The notes under the pieces were generated by a model. The model saw only the letters and a program-made list of their open reading frames with translations, was not told the DNA's origin and ran no database searches. DNA of 47,794 nt, counting the filler, from Streblomastix strix (taxonomy: Eukaryota), in the NCBI GenBank assembly GCA_008636045.1. It is 2 parts of 2 records of this genome, joined end to end, with 100 filler letters (N's around TTAATTAATTAA, not from the genome) between each part and the next. Parts side by side here need not be neighbours in the genome. Positions count along the whole stretch, not along the records: positions 23,948 to 47,794 come from SNRW01000256.1; 1 more part is not named here. One strand, 5' to 3'. Position numbers and translations under genes: made by a program. Numbering within the stretch: position 1 is the stretch's first letter; every line of letters starts with the position of its first letter. Below, piece after piece: positions 38,101 to 47,794 of this stretch.

Positions 38101-41100
38101 TATAAAATAATAAATACAAATAAATATAAAGAAAAATATTTCTTTAGTCAAAAATTTTATTTTTTTCATACTGATGAAAATAATCTTGATGGACATTGCC
38201 AATTTGTTATCCAACACCCAATATGGAGGATCAAATGCTTTATTAATTGTATTCTAATATATTTACAGAAAATATTAAAAAAATTAATATAAAATAATTG
38301 AATATAAATTTTTATCTTATTTAGAATGAATTAATATTAAACTAACCTAACTCATGAAATGTTAAAATAGATATGTAGGTATATGAAATAATAGGCGATT
38401 AACTATCTAAGTAGAATTAACAGCAATTTCCTATAATGAATATAGATAAAATAAGAAAAATAAATTCAAATATAAAATATTAAAAATTTATTGAATTGTA
38501 TTTATTCTTCTATTTACCTTAGCATAATTGATAAGTACGTTTGTTAGTAAGTTTACTGCAATATCAGAAAACCATCTGAAAATATCAAGAATTATAAATA
38601 TAAGAAATGAAATAAATAAAATAAAAATTTTAATATTTGTAAATAATTAGAAAAAAAAATATTCCAAACTGGTAAGACATGAAGAATCGAGTTTATGACT
38701 CAGGTCGAGATTCATCGAAAAGTACTTTCTATTTGTAATAATAATAATAATAGTAATAATAAAATTTAATTTTTTATTAATATTTTTCATTTCTTTAAGA
38801 TATTTATATATTTTTTATACCTTCTAATCAAAAGCTGAAAAAATGTAAGAAGCTAAGGCACTTAAAGTAAAATCTTCAAACCAGATGCTGAATAATGATG
38901 AAGAGATTAATTCCGTCTATGAATTTTATTGAAAAATATGTAATAATGGAAAATAAATTTAATTAATAGAAAATAAATGTAAAAATTATTAATAGAAAAA
39001 GAATATAAATATAATTAACAGAAAATGAATAAAAATGATATTATTGGAAAACAAATATAATAATTAATAACAAAAAATGTATATAAATATAATTCTTACT
39101 TATGTTATTGGCTTAGTAAATGGCTTCATCAAATTGATCAGAAGAAATATCACTGACGATATCACAGTTATTGCTAATGATAAGAGTATTGACACAAAAA
39201 AGTTGTTTTATTATGTTTTGTATCTGTTGAGAAAGTATGGTCCAACAACTCCAATTGCTACAAGAACCTAAAACAGGAATTAGAGATGAAATATAAATAA
39301 TTTATTAAAAATTTAAATAATATAAATAATAATGTAAAAAATATATTCTACATCAATACAATTTGTTTAATATGAAACACACCAGCGCAATTAAATCTCT
39401 AAATAAATGCTTCCTAATGAACCTTTCTTTATATGTATAACCCAGATTCTCAAAATATACATCATCGGGTTCTATTCCTGGAGTAATGCGAAGTGGATAT
39501 TGACCTTTATATTATCTGTAGCCATTATTATGATATAATAATATTTATAAATTTTTACTATATATTTATAAATGTTTACAAATTTTAAAGATATGGAATT
39601 AAAACCGATAAATTTTTTATAAAAATCATACAAATTACTATCTTAAAATGTGATATTACCAAGAAATGAGATATTTGTATGTCTATAATATCTGAAAGTA
39701 TTAAAATAAATAAATTAATATAAGTTAATAAAAAAATGTTTTATTAGGCTTTTCTTTTTATATTTAAATTATATATCAAACTTTCTTGCAACTTCTTGCA
39801 TATCAAGAGCTTTCTTGAATATAACAAAAGCAATTCCTATAAATTTATATATAAAAAAATTATAATTTAATAACAATTATAATTAATTATTTTTAGTAAA
39901 AATTATTTCAAATATAATTTCATTAATAATAATTTAATAAACCTGTTGTTTCTTCTTCGTCTTCGGGATTGCTAATTAAGTTTCGTTTATTGAGAAGTTT
40001 TGCAATTTTACCGCGATATTATTCTATATTAAAATATAAAAAGGATATATAATTTAATAAATAGAATAAAACAAATTTCAATTATAATCATAATACAATA
40101 TAATAATTATTCTATAATCACACTTCCCTTTTCGTTTTAATTGAAATCGAGCACCCTTTGTGTAGCTGTGAGATTGTAGAGTGAGAAATGGCAGATGTTT
40201 TCTAAGGACGTGTCATCCTCTCTGATTGTGCTGTGATACTAATGAATAATTGAACATACAAATAGAATTGAAAAAATATTTCAAATAGAAAAAAAAAATT
40301 TAATCCTAATTAATTCAAAAATAGATTTAATATATTCAATAATATTTCAAAAAATCGAACATCTTTCACTTTCTTATCGATGATCTCCTGTGTCTATACA
40401 TGCTTATTACAGTCGTAGCACAGCAATACAGAGTTCACAGGAGCTAATAAGTTGAAATGATTAAAAACCTAAACAAATATTAAAATATAATAAAAATAAA
40501 TAATATATATTACTTTTAATATGTAATATAAATAATATAATTAAAATAATAATATTTTTATAATAATATTATTTTTATTTTTATAAAATAATAAGAAATA
40601 CTTTTTCAGCAGATTTCTCATCTTTTGGAAGTCCTTCAACCATCATTCCATAATCTCCACATGAAATATTGGCATCATCAGCTTCTTCAGCTGAATTCTG
40701 ATTTTATTATTATTGTTAATAAATAAATAAATAAAATGAAATAAAATGAAATAAAATAATTAATGAAAAGAAAACAAATAAAATAATATAAAATAAAATT
40801 AAATATATAATTACTATCAAAGTTTCATTGTCTTAATTATACATACTTCCACTTATCTGCGCAAAAGAAGAATTCCGACATAAATTACAACAGCAAAGAT
40901 GATTTCTGGCAGTAATAGAAAACTTTTTAAAAAATTTTATAAAAATACAAATAAAGAATAACAAAATAAGTAAAATATTTAAATAATATATGTTAAATGA
41001 GTAAAATACAACAATTATCACAACACACTTAAACAAAGTCGCATTATTATATCCATTCCAATATCCAGCTATTACATTATACAGTGAAATATCAATAAGC

Positions 41101-42244
41101 CAACTCGTGAAGTCATTTTCAGTGTTTGATTGAAACAGTGAGAAAAGTATGACCATGATGATACTGAATATTGTTCCTATACTGAAGACGATGGCCATAT
41201 ATTTCTATGTATTAATATTATAGTAATATAATTAGAGTGAGTTAATATAGAATAAATTAAATGATTATAGAATAATTAAATCATGAATAATTAGAAATTA
41301 CATTTTGGTAGTTAAATTAAAAATTAAAATTAAATTATACCATCAGTGTGAAGTAACATGCTGTTCCCTGTCCAGCTCCAGTCTTCTCAATTGGAACAGT
41401 CAGAGGAACTTTAATAATTAAATAATATATAATAAATTTTAATAAATAATATAAATTAATAAGAAAAAATATTTATGAGAATTTATTCAAACTTTACAAA
41501 TCAGGAAGTTATTTGATGTTCATTTTCAGATTACTGTTGGCTTTTACCAACCTTCGTGTTATTGCACTGAGCTTCGCACGCTAAATAGGAAGAAATCATT
41601 ATATCAAAATTAAATAATAAATTAATAATAAAAAATATAATTAATGAAAAAAAAATCAACCTTAATTCTACCAATCTTTTCTGAGAACATTTCTACAGAA
41701 ATTATACCCAAAGCATTGTTAATATTTCCATTTTCTTTGTTGTTATCATCTGAATTTATTTGTATTCGGATGTATTCAACTTAGCCCTTAACGTTAATAG
41801 TGAATCCAGTACTAGAATTATCCTTAATTTTATCTGTTTTTCCATTCCTATATAATTCAATCATAAGAAATGTAAAATTTAATTATAATATTTAAGTATA
41901 CCAGACAGTTTTAAAATTATAATCACTTAAATCTCCAGTAATTTCATCAACTATAAGTTCTCCAAACTAAACTTCAATATTAAATCGTAGCTCAGTATCA
42001 GTTAAGTGAATTTTTATTGACGCAATCTTCGATACTCCATCATTAAGTCGTAATGTTACATGTTATGGATATTGCTACTAACTATATATGATAAAGCAAT
42101 ATAAACTCTTAGCAAATATAAAATTTTAAATTCCAAATACCTATCTGGAATCCACCCGAGGCCGTTTTTTGCGTGATAACATATAGCGTTTGCTGGATGA
42201 CCAGGAGCCTCAGAAGAATACTCAAAAACAGAAGCTTCAAGCAT
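32135..42244 (-). CDS. Large fusion protein: CEP104/APC10-like jelly-roll, OSCA/TMEM63/TMC-like multipass membrane domain, inactive calpain-7/PalB-like CysPc, repeated calpain domain-III-like units; about 28 exons
   Basis: ATG 42244 (SSEAPGHPANAI..GW..YPQHVTL). Membrane motifs GAGQGTACYF, CGDYGMMVEGLP, GIAFVIF, IEPDDVYFENL, INKAFDPPYW, SPFMPIVIP..FWIDKHNILRFYKAP. Spliced in phase into terminal exon 36712-32135 with QGMIGDSQF, YNPNGRY, IDDLLP, ELWVSLIEKAYL, IRNP, GLFWMD. Confidence 0.8.
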
Positions 42245-42839
42245 TCACTAATATTTCTAATAAAAATTAGCAAGAATATAACATTGTTGTACAATTCATG
42301 TTTTAATAATTTGGATTTTCAGAAAGAGTGTAATAGTTCAACAGTAATAATATTTAAATCTATTATGTGTTAATTTATGAAGTTTTAAAAATATAATACA
42401 TAAAATAAAAATTCAATTATATCACAATTATTCATATTTAAATATACAATATTGCAAGTCAAATTCAGTGCTAACCATAAATTATTATTCTTTTCTATTA
42501 TTAAATTTAAATATGCACGTCATTGAATATGCCGGTGCAATAATAAATAAATAAAAATTGTTTTTTAAATCTCCAAGAAATCCTTACAGATATTTTTTTA
42601 TCAAAATGTCTGATTTTTTCCTGAAATTTTTGTAAATTTTGTTATCTTATTTCTTAAATTTATTTTATATCTTAATTGTTATTTATTTGCTCTATTTATA
42701 CATTAACTCACTTTAACCATTAAAATTTTAATTATTTTTTATTCAAGATTTTTTATTTATTCTTTTAATTTCTCATACTGACTTTAATTAATTTCAATAT
42801 TTATTCATAATTTAAAATTAGTAAACATTTGTAGAATAT

Positions 42840-45481
42840 ATGGAAGCTATATATGCAAGGATATTAGCCCTTGATCCAGCGCTGCAGGAATTATACGATG
42901 CACTTGTAGTAGAAGGAGACATGAGCAGTATCGAGTTTTGGAACCAACATCGTCAGGTTGTAGAGAAAGAAGTCGCGTTTGTTTATATTTATTAATTCAT
43001 ATAATAATCTATATTTCAATTATTATTATGGATATAATTATTTTTACTATTATTATTGTTATTATTATACTCATAATTATTAATTTCCCCAGCAAAAACA
43101 AAATCAAACAAGAACCAATGCCAAATGCAGAAGCACCTTCTCTAGAGAAGATCTTTGAAATCGGTGGTTAGCGCCCTTTAATGACCAAAAACATTCGCCA
43201 GAGAATCTTCGCTGAATATCCACAAGTCGAAGCAGCTTTCCTTAAATATGTTCCACATAAAGTGCCTGAACAAGATTTCTGGAAGTCATTTTATGCGATG
43301 CGTGAGTAGTTCAGTTCAGATCCAAATAAATCCGCGCTTCAGACAACACGAACACAAGCAGAGACTTACTTTTATGAGATGCCGAAGGATCCGTCAGTTC
43401 TTTAAGCACCGCAGCACCGCTCGTTGGATCTATCGGTTGATGCATTGGCCAATATGCCTTCTTATTTATCATCTTCTTCATCATCATCTTCATCATCTTC
43501 ATCATAATTATAAATGAATCAACAATATTCACAATAGCAGAACAAAATTCGGGGAGTTACGACCAATCGAGGCATCAAAATGAAGCCAACTGAAGTAATT
43601 GAGTCAATCAACAGACACGGGGCGATTATCCTCAAATAGTAATTCGGTGAAACGCCTTCAACAACTGTGACTCCCGCTGCAAATGTGAAAATTGGGCAAA
43701 AAATTAAAAAACAAATTTTTGTTGAAGATGAGAAATACAGCCAATAAATAGAAAAGGAGCAGAAACCAGACATAATTCTGGATAAATAAATAATAGAAAG
43801 TAATGAAGAAAAAGATAATATGAGCGATGAAGAGGAATTGGCATAGATATTACAACAGCCAATATCATTAATGAGTAAACAACCTTTTGAAAGGAAATTT
43901 CCATATTTCCCGCATTTGCCATAAATTGCACTGGAATAAGTTCGTAATCAGTCAAATAATGAGCAACTTCAGGAGATCCTTCATCGCAATTCAGTAGGAA
44001 TGTATGAATAACATATGCAGAACCTGAAGAAGCAGCGAGAATTGGAATAAATGAAAGATTCGAATCAATTATAATAATAATAATAAACATAAACTTCAGA
44101 TGATTACCAATTCAACCCAAATTTCATGCACCATTAAACAGAGATGACAAACGATGAACAATTGTTTGCATCTGAACTGGGAAAAAACTTTTTCGGCCAC
44201 ACGGACGAAATATTGGCTCATTTTTGGCACAATTTTCCGCCTAAAAATATGACACAACTAAATTTAATAGAAGAAAAGCTTCTCCCATCATTGCAGAATA
44301 TGAAGCTCCAATCGGAGAGATTCGTGGAGATGAACATTGTTGATAACAATATTAAAACTTCGATATCGCTTCTGAATAATATACTTATATCTCGAGTTAA
44401 TAGAGCATAGGATGCATTGAATAACTATGAATAATCACCTGAGAAATATAAATTGATTAAATTGGCTGAAGAAGAAAAATTGAAATAAGAAAAAGAAAAT
44501 TAGATTAAAAGAGAGAAAGAATTGTAGGAAAATGCACTAAAAGAAATATAGGTTATTCAGAAACGAAAATTAAAAGAAGATGAATATAATTAATAAATAA
44601 AATCTGCTCAAAGTTAAGTTGCAAAAGCAAAAGCTGATAAAAAATAAGTTGCTTAAATAAATACGAACTAAAAACAATAATCATTTTCAAATCCTTAAAT
44701 TAATTAACAATAACTTCAATAATAGTAACTTAAGCAGCAATAACCTCAGTAACAATAATTTAATCAGTAATAATAAGTATTCTAATAACAAAGTCAATAA
44801 TAATAATCCCAATAACAATAATAAATTCAATAGTAATAAGTCTTCTAATAATAATTAACTCAATTTCAATAATATCCTCAATATCAATAATAATAATAAT
44901 AATAATTACAATCAATAATTCCACCTCCTTTATCACCACCAGCAATTCATATCAATTCGTTAATACAAACTTATCCAATTTAATAAACAATTAATTAACA
45001 AATATCATAATCTTAATCTCCAACTGTTTCTCCATTATCTCCTGTTCCTTTTAATTAACCATTATCTTAATAGTAATAGTAGTAATAATTATTGAATTCA
45101 TAATAACCTATACAATAATAATATTCATAATAGCCATTTAATTCATAATAACCATAATAATATCCAATAAATACATAATCATCATAATAATATTCAAATT
45201 AATAAACCCAATAATAATAACAATAATCACCATTTCAACCCATAATCACAATTCCATCTCCGTCTCCACCAATCTCAGTCCCACTAATTGACTCATCATC
45301 CCCAAGTAGCACATCAATGAGGAAGAAGAAGAAGAAGAGAGAATAAGAAAAAACAAAAGCAAAAACGAAAAGTATTGACACTGATCGAGATCCGAGTGTA
45401 TCTGCTACTATTGATCCTGAACATGTGAAGATTATTGAGGATATGACGGAAGAGTAGATATTGGAGCTGCTGAATACATGA
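42840..45481 (+). CDS. GTF2H1: TFIIH subunit p62/TFB1 (two BSD domains) with long poly-Gln C-terminal region; intron 42977-43092
   Basis: LALDPALQELYDALVVEGDMSSIEFWNQH and IRQRIFAEYPQVEAAFLKYVPHKVPEQDFWKSFY match p62 BSD1 and BSD2; also INRHG and LAHFW. One frame to TGA 45479-45481. Confidence 0.82.
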
Positions 45482-46137
45482 AAATATGAAATTTTTTATT
45501 TAAAAGCCATTATGGAGTTGAGGGTTGGAAATGAAGTTATAATAATAAATAAATAAATATTAATTAATGTATAAATCAGAACAAATGTTTATTTTTGAGT
45601 AGTATTTTATTTTTGATAAATACTAATCTGAACATTATAAAATAAAGGATATAAAAGTATTGAAATCTAATCAATTGTACTCTTGATGTTTTTGAAGAAA
45701 TTTATTATTCATTTAAATATTCTCATTAAGTTTCACTTATTGAAATTATTTTGTTTCTTTTATAGACTTCGTAAGTTTAACATTTATTTAATTGGTTGAA
45801 AGACTAGAACTAACAAATTCTCCTTTTTCAAGCTATTATCTGATTGATATCAAATCACTATCAGGCATTGATTTGCCTGTCGCAATGCTGGCTTCTATGA
45901 TTATTGCATTATAATTATTATCAGAACTTTTGTGTTAACATATAAATTATATCAGATAATGAAAGTGGTTGATTAAATTAGCCAAATAATGAATTTTATT
46001 TATTCATTTTCCCATGGCTCTTCTAAATTAAAAATAAATAATAATAAAACATGAAGAAAAATATTTCTAAAATATTAATATGGTATACTTGAAATTAAAA
46101 GTCATTTTATTTTGGAGCTAAAAAAACGCGACAGAGA

Positions 46138-46995
46138 ATGGCTAGGACGCCAGCAGCATTGCAGAATACTCTATTTGCATGTGGAGTACCATTTGGCAAA
46201 GGAAGGGGTGCTCACGAGATGGAGAGCGGCACAAACACCCCAAATAAATTCCCAGCAGTTAATCCGAACAAACGTCATTCAAAGGAAGCGGATGAATCTT
46301 ATATAAAAACAGATATAAGAGAGAGGCCGTAAAAACATCAGAAATATGTATTTCGTTCAGCGGACTCGTCGCCAGTGATAAATCGACATTCGGACACTCG
46401 TGGAAGCTTATCTGAAAAAAATTCGATGTTTGTACACATAGCATAGCGCGACTAAGGCATGACATTGTTTGGGAACTTAAACTCATCCATGTAACCGCTG
46501 CCTTCGAGCAGCGTGCAGGTTCACCAAGGTGGAAATGTCGAGAGCTCAAGTACAAAAGACGCACCTATACAACATTATGATTCATCGCTATTATCTACTT
46601 CTGGTATTAAGCACACCTCTTCTTCTAGTAGTGTATCAGCATTCTAATAGAGGGCAGTGTAGGGCAAAGCTCAGGAACATTAACGTGGTAATATTACTCC
46701 ATATGCTGTGCCAATAGCAGTTAATCAAGGATAACCTTTATTTGTCCGTGATAGGTAGTCTTCAAGTTTAAGTGAACATGCAAATGTCAGTAGCGGAGTG
46801 GCGAAAATGTAGCATGAATAACAAAATATGGCGTCGGTTTTAAAGCTTGATTTAAACAATTCTACAAATCCAACCCCTGTTTAAAGTTATAAGTAAAACT
46901 TGGTTGATAATACTATTCAAATTGAATAGAATACTAAAGGATAAACGGATATATCTAAACATCAATAGGAAGAAAGTTAAAAAGATTAGCAATGA
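46138..46995 (+). CDS. 285-aa intronless hypothetical, Ser/Gln-rich, probably disordered protein
   Basis: TGA-free frame from ATG 46138 to TGA 46993-46995; GC-richer than its flanks. Confidence 0.6.
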
Positions 46996-47520
46996 ATGAA
47001 TATATTGATGTTAAAAATAATAGATTGAAAATCTAATTAATAAGAGTGATTTTAATTTAATTGTTCACATCACTATTAAAACAAAACCTTACCATTAGAG
47101 ATAAGATGGATGTAAATTTAATTTATATTCTGTCTTAGTTATCTTTAATTTTAGCCTTTTAATTTAGTTCTCTTTTTATGTGTACTTCTTTTTTTATTAA
47201 TTACCATATAATTTCAAACATTTGTACTTTTATTTTCTTTGTAATATTTTAAAAGTGATATTTTTAGAACTCCAATAAATTAAAAAAATGATCAATAAAT
47301 TTCAAAAATAAAAAATGACCATATTTCTTTCTTAAAAATTATCAATGATCCTTTTTGCATCAAATAACTTATTGCCATAAACTTGAACCAATTGCAAAAA
47401 ATCAATATTAATTTATAAATGATGAAATATTAAAAAACCAGATAATCAAAGTAAAAGATTAATATAATTATTTTATTTAGATATCAAATTATTCATATTA
47501 TTTGAACTAATATAATGCTA

Positions 47521-47745
47521 TCAAGCAGGTGCAATTGTCCCCAAAGCAAGATATTTGATTTGATATCGACAATTTGGACAAAAAAATTAAACTTCATATC
47601 TCCTTTTGTTGAACAGTTTCAATTCAAACCAGGGTAGAATACACGCTCTGTGATACGGATGAAGACCTTAATTAGAGAATGAAATTAGTGCTGTTAATTT
47701 TCGACATATTCGTTCGTTTATACCATTTTGGCCTTGTCGAATTCG
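47521..47745 (-). CDS. Probable last exon of a RING-finger protein (upstream exons outside the window)
   Basis: GLHPYHRACILPWFEL...FCPNCRYQI, then TGA at 47521-47523; AT-rich intron-like sequence upstream. Confidence 0.55.
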
Positions 47746-47794
47746 ACAAATAAATATTTTTTGAAAAAAATAATAAAAAAAATAATTATTAGTT

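Noticed and set aside
47050..47520. TGA readthrough after the RING exon
   Set aside because: Several TGAs and no recognisable motif; TGA acts as the stop in the other genes.

Overview
Very AT-rich eukaryotic (protist) DNA with short GT-AG introns and a non-standard code: TAA/TAG read as Gln and only TGA stops. The supplied ORF track therefore fragments nearly every gene. Code and gene families suggest an oxymonad such as Streblomastix (inference). An artificial N44-TTAATTAATTAA-N44 linker (23848-23947) joins two contigs. The left contig is mostly mobile DNA. It has two degenerate Polinton/Maverick-like protein-primed PolB genes, the second split by a 5.75-kb hAT transposon (8-bp TSD TCTAAGGT) that carries a captured, internally deleted Hsp90 gene. 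It also has an integrase (D-x35-D) plus AT-hook cassette between inverted ~129-bp repeats, a 1573-bp tandem duplication, and a pogo-type DDE transposase fused in frame to an OTU deubiquitinase. The right contig holds host genes: two F-box-like/SPRY-like paralogues, TFIIH p62 (TFB1), and a ~10-kb gene fusing a jelly-roll domain, an OSCA/TMEM63/TMC-like membrane domain and a catalytically altered calpain-7-like module (DEK1-like architecture). All translations were done by eye, so exon boundaries are approximate.
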